A stretch of 64,000 bases of DNA. Source: an uncultured Gemmataceae bacterium. GTDB taxonomy: Bacteria > Planctomycetota > Planctomycetia > Gemmatales > Gemmataceae. Within the stretch, counting starts at the first letter, position 1, and each line of letters begins with the position of its first letter. The notes beneath the pieces are model-generated. The model was not told the origin of the DNA. It ran no database searches and was given only the letters and a program-made list of their open reading frames with translations. The translations under genes were made by a program, and so were the position numbers. The stretch is from NCBI GenBank assembly GCA_963750165.1, contig CAVVPN010000003.1, forward strand, positions 832,001 through 896,000, read 5' to 3'. Below are positions 21,209 through 30,596 of the stretch, one piece after another.

Positions 21209-21813
21209 ATGAAAACCATCGTCTTCGACTTCGGCAACGTCCTCGGCTTCTTCGACCATTACCGCACGCTGAACAAGCTGACGCCGTACACCGACATGGC
21301 CGCCGCGGACATGCTCGCCGCGGTCTACGGCGCCGAACTGGAGGACGACTTCGAGTCGGGCGCATCAGCGCCGCGGAGTTCCTGCGGCAGTACCGCGCCC
21401 TGTGCCGGCTCACCTGCGAAGACGACTTCCTCCGCGCCGCCTGCGCCGACATCTTCCGGCCGAACGAACCCGTCTGCGCCCTGGTGCCGCGGCTCAAGGC
21501 GCAGGGCTACACCCTGCTGCTCGGCAGCAACACCAATGAAATCCACTCGGCCCACTTCCGCCAGCAGTTCGCGGACACGCTGCGGCACTTCGACGCCCTG
21601 GTGCTCTCGCACGAGGCCGGCGTGCGCAAGCCGCGGCCGGAGTTCTTCGCGCACTGTCAGCGTTTGGCGGGCTGCCCGCCGCGGGAGTGCGTCTTCATTG
21701 ACGACCTGGCCGCGAACGTCGCGGGGGCCGTGGCGTGCGGCTGGCACGGCATCGTGTATATTGACGCCGAAGACTTGCAGACGCGGCTGAAACAACTGGG
21801 CGTGCGACTGTGA
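21209..21813 (+). CDS. HAD-superfamily phosphatase; apparent frameshift at ~21361
   Basis: Motif I 'IVFDFGNVL', 'LGSNTN', 'GVRKP', 'VFIDD...NV.GA...G'. Confidence 0.88.
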
Positions 21814-21822
21814 GGGCGTGTC

Positions 21823-24090
21823 ATGGAGACCCCGTTGATTGTGGCGCTGGTCGTCGGCGGGCTGGGGTTGCTCGCGTTCCTGTGGTGGGGCAGCCCGCCG
21901 GCCCGCTGTTTCGCCGCCCACGGCGCCGCCAGCCGGGCGTACAACGCGGGCCGTTACGACGAGGCGGAACGACACGCGCGGCGGGCACTCGACCTGGTCG
22001 AGCGGCACCACCTGGACGAGCGGCTCTACCTCGCCGCCCTGAACCTGCTCGGCCAGATCAACATGGCCCAGGGGAAGCTCGACGAGGCGGAGGAACTGCT
22101 CAGGGACTCGCTGGAGGGGATGAAGCGGCGGCTGCGGCCGGATCACCCGGACGTGGCGGCCGGGCTGAACAACCTCGGCAAGCTCTGCAGCGAGCGCGGC
22201 CACTACGACGCGGCGGAGATGTACTACCGCCAGGCGCTGGAAATCTGGCAGAAGGCCCACGGGCCGGACCACGACCACGTTACCACGGCCCTGAACAACC
22301 TCGGCAACGTCTACCTGCAACAGTCCCGCTACGCGGAAGCCGCGGTCGTCCTGGAGCGCAGCCTGGCCGTCCGCGAGCGGCGCCACGGCCCCGGCCACGC
22401 CGAGGTCGCCCAGGCCCGCAACAACCTCGCCAACTGCTACGCCAGCCAGGGCGACTACGCCGCGGCGGAAGCCCTTTACGAGAAGGCGCTGGCCGACGCC
22501 GAGCGCGCACTGGGGCCGGACCACCCGACGGTGGCGCACGTCTGGCAGAACCTGGGCAGCCTTTACTCGAAGCAGGGGAAGTACGACGCGGCCGACGCGG
22601 CCCAGCAGCGGTCCCTGGCCATCAAGCAGCGGGCCTTCGGCGGCGACCACGCGGAGATCGCCAGCGCGCTGAACAACGAGGCGGTGCTGTGCCATAGGCG
22701 CGGCGACTACCGCACGGCCGAGCAGCTCTGGCGGCAGGCGCTGGCCATGAAGGAGCGCCTGCTCGGCCCGGACCACCCGCAGGTGGCACTGGGGCTGAAC
22801 AACCTGGGGGCCGTGGCCCAGGCGCAGGCCCGGTACGACGAGGCCGAGGCATACTTCCGCCGCGCCCTCGCCGTCCACGAGTGCAACGACCCGAACCACC
22901 CGAACGTGGCCAAATGCCTGAACAACCTCGGCATGGTGCAGTCCACCCGCGGGCACCACGCGCAGGCCCGGGCGCTGCTCGAACGGTCGCTCGCCGCCGA
23001 CGAGCGCACGCGGGGGCCGGACCACCCCGAGGTCGCCCACCGCCTCAACAACCTGGCGGTGCTGTGCATCCGCGAAGGCAAGTACGCCCAGGCCGAGCAG
23101 CTGCTGCGCCGCGCGCTGGCCATCCGCGAAAAAGCGCTCGGCCCGGACCACCCGGACGTGGGCCAGGCCCTGCTCAACCTGTCGTCCGTCTACCTCGAAC
23201 TGGGCAAACCCGCCGACGCCCTGCCGCTGTGCCGGCGCGGCCTGGAGGTGCAGGAAAAGCGGCTGGGGCCGGAGCACCCGCACCTGGCGCAGGCGTTCAA
23301 CAACCTGTGCGTCATCTACCAGCAGCAGGCCCGCTTCGACGAGGCGGAGCCGCCGGGCCGGCGGGCGCTGGCCATCCGGCAGAAGGCGCTGCCGCCGGGC
23401 CACCCGGACGTGGGCGAGTGCCTGATGAACCTCGGGTCGCTGCTGCTGCGCCGCGGGCGCTACGACGAGGCGGAGCCGTACTACCGCGATTCGGTGGCGC
23501 TGTTCGCGACGGCGCTGGGCCAGGGGCACGCGCGCTACGCGGCGGCGGTCAACAACCTGGGGGCGCTGCACGCGCGGCAGGGCCGTTACGCCGAGGCGGA
23601 GCCGCTGCTGCGGGAGGCGCTGGACGTCCGCCGGCAAGCGCTGGGGCCGGACCACCACACGCTGGGCGAGACGTGGACGCGGCTGGCCGAGCTGTATCTG
23701 TGGCAGGGCCGGCCCGCGGAGGCGGAGGCTGTGGCCCGTCAGGCGGTGGTGGCCCGTGGGGCGGGACTGGGGCCGGACCATCCTTCCGTGGGGCAGAGTT
23801 TGGTGGTGCTGGGGGATGCTTGCCGCGACCAGGGCCGGCAGGATGAGGCGGAGCCGCTGTACCGCCAGGCCCTCGGCATCCTGGAAGCGGCGTGGGGGGC
23901 AGAGCACCCCGAGGTGGCGAAGGCGCTGCGCGGCTGGGGCCGGCTGCACCTGGCCCGCGGCGACCGCGGCGCGGCCGAGCCGCTGCTGAGCCGCGCCTTC
24001 GTGATCCGCGAACGAACACTCGGGGGGGAGCATCCCGAGACGACCGAGAGCCGGCGCGATTGCGACGAGTGCGGGCGGGGCGGTTCTTGA
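21823..24090 (+). CDS. Membrane-anchored tetratricopeptide repeat protein (42-aa kinesin-light-chain type)
   Basis: N-terminal TM segment, repeated 'LGPDHPDVA..LNNLG'. Confidence 0.93.
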   Translation: METPLIVALVVGGLGLLAFLWWGSPPARCFAAHGAASRAYNAGRYDEAERHARRALDLVERHHLDERLYLAALNLLGQINMAQGKLDEAEELLRDSLEGMKRRLRPDHPDVAAGLNNLGKLCSERGHYDAAEMYYRQALEIWQKAHGPDHDHVTTALNNLGNVYLQQSRYAEAAVVLERSLAVRERRHGPGHAEVAQARNNLANCYASQGDYAAAEALYEKALADAERALGPDHPTVAHVWQNLGSLYSKQGKYDAADAAQQRSLAIKQRAFGGDHAEIASALNNEAVLCHRRGDYRTAEQLWRQALAMKERLLGPDHPQVALGLNNLGAVAQAQARYDEAEAYFRRALAVHECNDPNHPNVAKCLNNLGMVQSTRGHHAQARALLERSLAADERTRGPDHPEVAHRLNNLAVLCIREGKYAQAEQLLRRALAIREKALGPDHPDVGQALLNLSSVYLELGKPADALPLCRRGLEVQEKRLGPEHPHLAQAFNNLCVIYQQQARFDEAEPPGRRALAIRQKALPPGHPDVGECLMNLGSLLLRRGRYDEAEPYYRDSVALFATALGQGHARYAAAVNNLGALHARQGRYAEAEPLLREALDVRRQALGPDHHTLGETWTRLAELYLWQGRPAEAEAVARQAVVARGAGLGPDHPSVGQSLVVLGDACRDQGRQDEAEPLYRQALGILEAAWGAEHPEVAKALRGWGRLHLARGDRGAAEPLLSRAFVIRERTLGGEHPETTESRRDCDECGRGGS

Positions 24091-24156
24091 AGGGAGCCCG
24101 CAGCGCCAGCAAGGGTAGGACCTCTACCCTTGCTGGCGCTGCGGGCTCCCTTCAAG
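24086..24156. repeat. Palindromic REP-like repeat, family D
   Basis: GAGCCCGCAGCGCCAGCAAGGG...CCCTTGCTGGCGCTGCGGGCTC; related copies at 27638-27698 and 51282-51328. Confidence 0.85.
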
Positions 24157-24170
24157 CAAGGGCCGCCGCG

Positions 24171-24485
24171 TCACGAGGACGCCCTGGCGGCGTTGCGCTT
24201 GCGGGTGGCCGCCGCCTTCTTCGCGGAGGCGGAGCGCGCCGCGGCCGGTCGTGCCGCCGACGCCTGGCCGCCCTTGTGGCCGCCCTTCTTGCTCGACTCG
24301 TTCGTGTCCTCTTTGCCGCGGCCACTGCCCGACTTGTTGCCGCCGCCGGTCTCCTTGTTGACCGTCGCCCAGGCCCGCCGCGCGGCCTCTTGCTCATCCA
24401 CGCCGCGGCTCTCGTAGCCCTCCTCGATGTGCTCCGCCTGGCGTTTCTGCTTGTCCGTGTACTTCGACTTGTCCCCGCGTGGCAT
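24171..24485 (-). CDS. Small basic conserved protein (often labelled 'plasmid stabilization protein'; stress-associated)
   Basis: 'MPRGDKSKYTDKQKRQAEHIEEGYESRGV...AWATVNKETGGG', GGAGGG RBS. Confidence 0.88.
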   Translation of the reverse strand: MPRGDKSKYTDKQKRQAEHIEEGYESRGVDEQEAARRAWATVNKETGGGNKSGSGRGKEDTNESSKKGGHKGGQASAARPAAARSASAKKAAATRKRNAARASS

Positions 24486-24585
24486 GGCCTTACCCTCCTT
24501 CTCGGTGCAAAATCAGATCACGGCCCCGGCGCTTGCCGGGCGCCTGGCTGCGATCAACGCATGGTTCCGACCAGTAAGATTACAT

Positions 24586-24601
24586 GGCAAATCGTGTGCC
24601 G
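24586..24601 (-). promoter_or_regulatory. Sigma-54 promoter
   Basis: Minus strand CGGCAC-ACGAT-TTGCC, ~101 bp upstream of ATG 24485. Confidence 0.7.
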
Positions 24602-24635
24602 CCCGTCTCGGACGGACCTGTCACAGCAGGGCATC

Positions 24636-24782
24636 CAATCTCGACGTATGAAAAAGATGGCCCCCTTGGCCCAACCGCACTGGCTATCTTCGGCTTGCCC
24701 AAGTCGTTGGCAGTGGCTAGGTTTTCTCCTGGCCCCGGGCGGGTTGGGCCAAGGGGGCCAACTTTTTCATACGTCGAGATTT
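24636..24782. mobile_element. Putative MITE-like element with ~40-bp terminal inverted repeats
   Basis: AATCTCGACGTATGAAAAAGATGGCCCCCTTGGCCCAACC ... GGTTGGGCCAAGGGGGCCAACTTTTTCATACGTCGAGATT; non-coding; arm copies at ~11943 and ~12044. Confidence 0.55.
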
Positions 24783-24817
24783 GGCACCCTTCACCGCCAC
24801 TTCCGGAGAGCATCGTC

Positions 24818-25378
24818 ATGCGGCCGCACTGGATCGAGCGTTACCGCGAGCACTTCCGCGCCTACTTCGGCGCACCGTTCGACAGCCGGCCCTATCGGCA
24901 GGAGGACGGCACGCCAATCGAGGTCGTCACCTACGACCAGCGCTATCCGAAATTCCGGGTGTTCGTGTCGCTGGGCCTGGTCAACTACGCCCTGGACGTG
25001 AAGGAGGTGGCGGAGGTAATCGCGCTGACGGACGCGGCGTGGAAGGAAGTACCGCTGCTGTTCGTCAACACCCTGTTCTTCGCGGTGCAGCAGCGCATCC
25101 CGCTGGATTCGCGCTTCGCGGTCGGCGTGTCGGCGCTGGATCCGGCGTTCGCGGAGCACTACGACAAGAGCGCTCTGTTCTTCACAACCGCGGACGGCTT
25201 CGGCGAGGGCTTCGAGCAACTGGACCTGGGCGACGCCACCGGCGCGGTCTACCAGGCCCTGTTCATCTCGCCGGCGGAGAAGGATTTTCTCGGGCGCCAC
25301 GGCGGCCCGGCGCTGGAGGCGAAACTGCGGGCCCAGGACGCCGACCTGTGCAGCCTGCGGCGGCCGTCGTGTGTGTAA
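24818..25378 (+). CDS. Suppressor-of-fused (SUFU)-like domain protein
   Basis: 'FVSLGLVNY', 'YQALFISPAEKDFLGRHGGPALEAKL......LCSLRRPSCV' pattern. Confidence 0.65.
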   Translation: MRPHWIERYREHFRAYFGAPFDSRPYRQEDGTPIEVVTYDQRYPKFRVFVSLGLVNYALDVKEVAEVIALTDAAWKEVPLLFVNTLFFAVQQRIPLDSRFAVGVSALDPAFAEHYDKSALFFTTADGFGEGFEQLDLGDATGAVYQALFISPAEKDFLGRHGGPALEAKLRAQDADLCSLRRPSCV

Positions 25379-25383
25379 AACAT

Positions 25384-25545
25384 ATTCACCACAGAGAACG
25401 CAGAGCGCGGAGTCAAGACAAAAAGAGGATCCACAGATGACACAGATAAAGACAAATTCAAATGTCTTTATCTGTGTCATCTGTGTCATCTGTGGATCAA
25501 TTCTTCTGTCTGTTCTCTGCGCTCTCCGCGTGCTCCGTGGTGAAT
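25384..25545. repeat. Compound palindrome of CACAGAGAACGCAGAG and CACAGATGACACAGAT units
   Basis: Nested inverted repeats between convergent genes; partial copy at ~62179. Confidence 0.85.
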
Positions 25546-25549
25546 TTTT

Positions 25550-26017
25550 TCAATGGTCGTTCTTCTTCGCCTCGTCCGGGTACACGTCCGGCAGCGCGTT
25601 GGCTTGCACCTCCAGTGCGGGTAGATCGTCCGAGCTGTCGTCGGCCACATGCGTGCGGCGGTCGAGAAGACGCTCCAGGTCGCGCTGGTTGATTTGCTCG
25701 GTGCGCTCGTTCGGCGACACCGGTGGCGGCAGGTCGGGACCGAAATCGACCTTGTAGCGGAACTGGGCGATGCTGAGCTGGTCGTTTGGCAGCAGCGCCG
25801 CCCGCCGCACCCGCGCGCCGTTGACGCGCGTGCCGTTGGTGCTACCGAGGTCGCGCAGCAACAGCAGGCCGTCCGTCTTGACGATGACGCAGTGCATCTT
25901 CGAGACGCTCTTGTGGTCGATGCGCAGGTCGCAGCCCTCCGTGCGGCCCACCAGCGTCATGTCCTTGACGATGGCGATGGGCTGACCGCCCTCCAGAGGT
26001 ATCAGTTGGGCGCGCAT
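25550..26017 (-). CDS. FHA domain-containing protein
   Basis: 'VGR', 'SVSKMHC', 'DLGSTNGTRVNG'. Confidence 0.92.
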   Translation of the reverse strand: MRAQLIPLEGGQPIAIVKDMTLVGRTEGCDLRIDHKSVSKMHCVIVKTDGLLLLRDLGSTNGTRVNGARVRRAALLPNDQLSIAQFRYKVDFGPDLPPPVSPNERTEQINQRDLERLLDRRTHVADDSSDDLPALEVQANALPDVYPDEAKKNDH

Positions 26018-26127
26018 GGCCCCTCCCACGACGACAGACAACCTTCGATCATTGGTTGTATTATAATGGACGGATCGCGCGGAAGTCGATTCGTCAAGGC
26101 CCGTCGCCAGAAAAGGCAGGGACGCCG

Positions 26128-27420
26128 ATGCATGTTGTTCATTTTGTGCAGCGTTATCCGCCCGCCCTGGGCGGCTCCGAGGCGTACTTCGCCCGGCTCG
26201 GCCGCTTCCTGGCCGGCCACGGCGACCGCGTCACCGTCTTCACCACCACCGCGCTCGACCTCGAAGCGTTCTGGTCGCCACACGCCGCGGCGCTGCCGCC
26301 CGGTGTCGCCACCATGGACGGCGTCACGGTGCGCCGCTACCCCGTGACGCACTGGCCCGGCCGCCGCTACGTCCTCAAGGCGCTGTCGCTGCTGCCCTGG
26401 CGTCCCCTGCAAGCGCTGGGCCTGCCCTGCAATCCGATCAGCTGGCCCATGCGCTGCGCCGCCGACCACTGGGACGAGCCCGTCGATGTCGTCCACGCCA
26501 GCGCCCTGCCCTACACCTGGCCGCTCTGGTGCGGCCTGCGTCTGGCGCGGCGCCGCCGTGTGCCGTTTGTGCTGACGCCGTTCCTGCACGCCGGCGACCC
26601 CGCCGACCCGCACGACCCGATCCGCCGCGCTTACACCCGGCCGGGACTGCGCTGGCTGCTGCGGCAGGCGGACGTGCTGTTCGCGCAGACGGAACTGGAG
26701 CGGGCCGCTTTGCTCGACGTGGGCGTCGCGGCGGGGCGCGTGGTCCTGCAAGGGCTCGGCGTCGATGCTTCGGAGTGTACCGGCGGCGACCGCGCTGCGG
26801 CCCGGCAGCGCTGGGGTTGTGACGACGCGGATGTGGTCATCGGCCATCTGGCGAACCACAGCCGTGAGAAGGGCACCGTGGACCTGGTGTGTGCGTTCGA
26901 GCGGCTGGCGCGGCTGAACGGAGCGTGCCGGCTGATGCTGGCGGGGCCGGAGATGCCGAATTTTCGGCACTTCTGGCAGGACTGGTCCGGCCGACAGCCG
27001 CTGGCGCTGCTGGAGCGCGTGCGCCGGCTGGGCGTGCTGGACGAAACCGGGAAGCGCGATTTCTTCGCGGGGATTGATGTGTTCGCGCTGCCGAGCCGGT
27101 CGGACTCGTTCGGCCTGGTGCTGCTGGAGGCGTGGGCCAACGGTGTGCCCAACGTCGCCTACCGGGCTGGCGGTGTCGCGGAAGTGGTGCGGCACGAGGA
27201 GGACGGGTTGCTGGTGCGCTGTGGCGCAGTGGATGAACTGGCGGAGAGGCTGCGGCGGCTGGCGGAACAACCGGAGTTACGGCACACGCTGGGCGAGCGC
27301 GGCCGGCGGCGGGCATTGGATGAATTACGGTGGGAAGAGCGGTTGGAGGTGGTGAGGCGGACGTGCCAGGAGGCAACGAACCCTTGCGGCGCGTTTCACT
27401 ATTGCGACTCGCATGGTTGA
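26128..27420 (+). CDS. Glycosyltransferase family 4
   Basis: 'YPPALGGSE', 'DVFALPSRSDSFGLVLLEAWANGVP', 'EVVRHEEDGLLV'. Confidence 0.93.
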   Translation: MHVVHFVQRYPPALGGSEAYFARLGRFLAGHGDRVTVFTTTALDLEAFWSPHAAALPPGVATMDGVTVRRYPVTHWPGRRYVLKALSLLPWRPLQALGLPCNPISWPMRCAADHWDEPVDVVHASALPYTWPLWCGLRLARRRRVPFVLTPFLHAGDPADPHDPIRRAYTRPGLRWLLRQADVLFAQTELERAALLDVGVAAGRVVLQGLGVDASECTGGDRAAARQRWGCDDADVVIGHLANHSREKGTVDLVCAFERLARLNGACRLMLAGPEMPNFRHFWQDWSGRQPLALLERVRRLGVLDETGKRDFFAGIDVFALPSRSDSFGLVLLEAWANGVPNVAYRAGGVAEVVRHEEDGLLVRCGAVDELAERLRRLAEQPELRHTLGERGRRRALDELRWEERLEVVRRTCQEATNPCGAFHYCDSHG

Positions 27421-27637
27421 TTTTGGGAATTGGGTCGATTGCACTCGCATGGCGCTCAACTTTCCCCAAAGGCGGAGTTTGACCGTGGCCATCGATCCTG
27501 AGGAATTCGCGAGGTTGCTCGGCGCGGTCCCGATGTAGACGGCGGCCCGTTCGGAATGGTGCGGCTGGCTTGCGACCTCCTCTCTTGATAAGTCACGTCC
27601 GCTTCCGCGGCAAGGGCTCTCCTTTGTGATGTGGTAT

Positions 27638-27698
27638 GTCCGAGCCCGAGCGCCAGCGCGGGGCCAGCGTTGCCCCGCGCTGGCGCTCGGGCTCGGAC
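27638..27698. repeat. REP-like family D palindrome
   Basis: GTCCGAGCCCGAGCGCCAGCGCGGGGC...GCCCCGCGCTGGCGCTCGGGCTCGGAC. Confidence 0.85.
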
Positions 27699-27723
27699 CC
27701 AGAATCACCAGCGCGATGCCGCC

Positions 27724-28491
27724 TCAGCCGTCGCGCCGCGCCGCCGCGGGCCGGCTCTCCAGCGGCACCACCTTCGGGTGCGGCACCACCACCGCCTCGA
27801 CGCCCCCGTGCCGCCGTTGCAGCTGCGCGAAGTCCAGCCGCAGGAACGCGAACAGCATCGGGTCGGGACCGTTGGCCAGATACTCCCGCGCCAGCGCCGC
27901 CATCTGCTCGTCGTAGCGCTTCTGGCTGCGCGAGTGCAGGGCATAGCGGCCCTCGTGGCGGCGCAGGTCGCCGTCGAACGCCGGGCTGAGGTGGAACAGC
28001 TCGTGGAAGATGGTGATGAACTTGTCGTCGAAACTCTGGTCGAGGAAGCGCGGCAGGCAGAACGTCATCAGGTACAGGAATTCGCGGCCGTCCAGGGCGT
28101 AGCGCTGCACCGTGTAGGTGACGCCGCGGCGCTCGCGAGTGAGGCTGCCGTCGGTGAAGCGCAGCGGCGTGACGCGGGCCTGCAAGCCGTGCGTGCGACC
28201 GCTGCGCGCCTGCGTGGCCGCGATCAGCAGCCGCTCCGGGTCCACGTGCCGTAGTTCGCGGCAGCGTTCGGCCACGTCGGCGAGGAGGCGGCGGACGTGA
28301 CCGCAGAAGTCGAAGGGGGCGTTGCGCAGACCGGTGGGCAGGCGCGGGTCGGCGTCCACGGGGGGCCGGCCGCCGCGGCGGCCGGTTGGGGCGCGGATGA
28401 GGCGCACCGGCAACGGCGCCTCGGGCTCGTGCCAGTGGAAGAGCAGCTGGGGCTGGGCGGCGGTCGCGGGGTTCGTGCAAGACGCGGCCAC
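27724..28491 (-). CDS. Putative zinc metallopeptidase (HExxH)
   Basis: 'TIFHELFHL' motif; GTG start with AGGAG RBS. Confidence 0.75.
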   Translation of the reverse strand: MAASCTNPATAAQPQLLFHWHEPEAPLPVRLIRAPTGRRGGRPPVDADPRLPTGLRNAPFDFCGHVRRLLADVAERCRELRHVDPERLLIAATQARSGRTHGLQARVTPLRFTDGSLTRERRGVTYTVQRYALDGREFLYLMTFCLPRFLDQSFDDKFITIFHELFHLSPAFDGDLRRHEGRYALHSRSQKRYDEQMAALAREYLANGPDPMLFAFLRLDFAQLQRRHGGVEAVVVPHPKVVPLESRPAAARRDG

Positions 28492-28775
28492 GGTCGATCT
28501 CCTGGAGCCCCGGATTATGGGCGGTCCGTCCCGACCCATCTCCCCGCAGATGATACCGCGCCGCGCCGGCGACACACGGGAAAAAATTTTAATCTTCGCC
28601 AGCTGCGAAGGGCGTGGGGTTCGGAGTGCTGACGTTTGGGGAGCAGCCGGCAAATGCGTTAAACTCCGCACTGTCGGCCGGTCGATACATCCACAGCACA
28701 ACTCTCCGAAGCGTGTGGATAGCGGAACGAACCTGGGCCGACCGCCGGCCCCGTCGGGTGGGCGAGGAGGAAGTC

Positions 28776-29036
28776 ATGAAACGCACGCGCCGCTGGCCGT
28801 GGTTGCTCGTGAGCGGCTTCGCTCTGGCGACGCTGGTCGGCTGTCAGACCTACGTCCCCGAAGCGAGCCTGACCCTGCCGTCGGGCTTTTATCTGAAGCA
28901 TCCGCCGCAGTACATCCCGCCCTCGCCGGCGTACCCGCTGAGCCGCGAATTGACCCACCTGGAAGAGGCGTCGCTGCAGCAGCAGGCGCCGCCGGTGCCG
29001 CCGCAGCTGGCGCCGGGCGGCGGGGCGCTGCCGTGA
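28776..29036 (+). CDS. Small Pro-rich lipoprotein
   Basis: GAGGAGG RBS, lipobox 'LVGC', 'TLPSGFYLKHPPQYIPP'. Confidence 0.8.
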   Translation: MKRTRRWPWLLVSGFALATLVGCQTYVPEASLTLPSGFYLKHPPQYIPPSPAYPLSRELTHLEEASLQQQAPPVPPQLAPGGGALP

Positions 29037-29146
29037 GGATGAGGGGGTGAGGGGGTGAATGGGTGAGGGGGTGAAAGAGCGATACTTGCGTCTTTCACCC
29101 CCTCACCCATTCACCCCCTCACCCCCTCACCCATTCACCTCCTCAT
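29034..29146. repeat. Inverted repeat of 8-bp GGGTGA units, family B
   Basis: GAGGGGGTGAGGGGGTGAATGGGTGA...TCACCCCCTCACCCATTCACCCCCTC. Confidence 0.85.
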
Positions 29147-29157
29147 ACGATAAAGGC

Positions 29158-29565
29158 ATGGCACGTTTCACCATCCTCGAACACGACCACCCCACGCTGC
29201 ACTGGGACCTGCTGCTGGAAGCGGGTGAAACGCTGCGCACCTGGCGGTTGGCCCAGCCGCCCGAAGGTCCGCAGCCCATCCCGGCCACGCCGCTGCCCGA
29301 TCACCGCCTTGTTTACCTCGACTACGAAGGCCCCGTCAGCGGCAACCGTGGCGTCGTCCGCGCCTGGGACCGCGGCACCTTCGCACCGGACCTGCCCGCC
29401 GCGAACCCGGCACGCCTGGAACTGCGCTTGCACGGCGGCCGCGTCAATGGCACCGCCCTCCTGTGGCGGCAGGAGGGCGGGGACTGGGTGTTTCAGTGGA
29501 TCGGGGAAGACACCGCGGTCAGTTGCCGGCCGGCGGCGCCGCCAGATGCACTGGCGGCAGACTGA
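29158..29565 (+). CDS. Stand-alone LigD N-terminal (3'-phosphoesterase-like) domain protein
   Basis: 'FTILEHD...HWDLLLE...LRTW', 'DHRLVYLDYEGPV..RG.V..WDRG'. Confidence 0.8.
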   Translation: MARFTILEHDHPTLHWDLLLEAGETLRTWRLAQPPEGPQPIPATPLPDHRLVYLDYEGPVSGNRGVVRAWDRGTFAPDLPAANPARLELRLHGGRVNGTALLWRQEGGDWVFQWIGEDTAVSCRPAAPPDALAAD

Positions 29566-30242
29566 GGGCGGCCCCTTCCAGCGAACGGCCAACGATGGTC
29601 AGCACGCCCGGCCGCACATCCACCTGCCGCAGCACCACGCTGGGCCGGTCCTTGTCGCCGCGGAACTGAATGGCGGCCGTCGGGTGGCCGTTGTAGCGAA
29701 ACCAGGTCACATCGATATTCGGGCCGCGGACCACTTCGGAGAGCTGTTCGAGGAACGGCTGCGGCGCGATCGGCAGCGCCCCCGCCTGCATCCCATGCAA
29801 CTCCAGTACGACGACGTTCGGCTCCTTGGCGGCCATCCACACCTTGAACTCGGCGGACAGGATGGTGCTGAAAAAGCCTTCGCCGTAGCGGAAGGCCAGG
29901 CGCAGCGCGCTGATCCTGCTCCAGGACGAGACGGGGGCCGCTGAAGTTGGCGGGCAGGAGCTTGTCGGCGATGCCCATGCGGATGAAGTCTTCCTCGAAA
30001 AAGCTGTTGATCTGGGCCTCGTTGAACGAGAGCTGCCATTTCGGCTCCAGGGCGATGGAGGCCAGACGGCCGGACTCGGTGACGAAGGCGGCGGACCACT
30101 GCTGCCGCTGTTTGCCTGGCTTGATGCTGACCCGGTTGTAAAAGCTGGGCTCGTGTTTGACCAGCAGGCCAAGCGTCAGCACAACGCCGGTGAACAGCCC
30201 GAGCCCAATTGCCGCGCCCACGAGCCATCGCTTGCGACGCAT
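29519..30242 (-). CDS. Hypothetical membrane-anchored protein; apparent frameshift at ~29910
   Basis: N-terminal TM segment in ORF 29493..30242 continues as 'LRLAFRYGEG...' in ORF 29519..30172. Confidence 0.72.
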
Positions 30243-30596
30243 ACGCGCCCCCGGCTTGAAGAGGAAGGGTGACCAGGTGACACGGTGCCACTCCAGGGCG
30301 GCGTATAACCGGCGGCTGGTGATGGGTCAACGCCTTCTTCAGTCTGTCAACCTGTGGCAGTCATTTTTCCCGTCTTGCCGCTGGCGTCCCCTTCCCGCCT
30401 CTGTTACAATTTCTTCATAACCTGCCTGTGATCCGCCCTGTGCCCACACGACCGCGGACCTGCCGAAGAAGTTGTTGCGTTGCCGACCGTCACCGACAAC
30501 AATGGAAGCAATACTGCCAGCTTTCCGACCACGATGCCACAGGCGCGACCGGTTCCGCGGTCGCCCTGTCCGTGTCACCAACGAGGGGGGAAACTC

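Noticed and set aside
17585..21790. 1401-aa WD40-HAD fusion ORF
   Set aside because: Runs through a REP cluster and an RBS/ATG at 21209; explained by frameshifts.
21325..24033. Long antisense and alternate-frame ORFs (also 30339-33056, 7999-9642, 54248-56797, 57676-59799)
   Set aside because: Shadow ORFs of high-GC genes; Arg/Pro/Ala-rich with no recognisable motifs.
24171..24485. Plasmid or toxin-antitoxin locus
   Set aside because: Not ParE-like, no partner gene, and chromosomal context.
27421..27637. IS66 TnpB-like remnant ('FPQRRSLTVAIDPEEFARLLGAV')
   Set aside because: Only vague resemblance over ~25 aa, with no IS ends.
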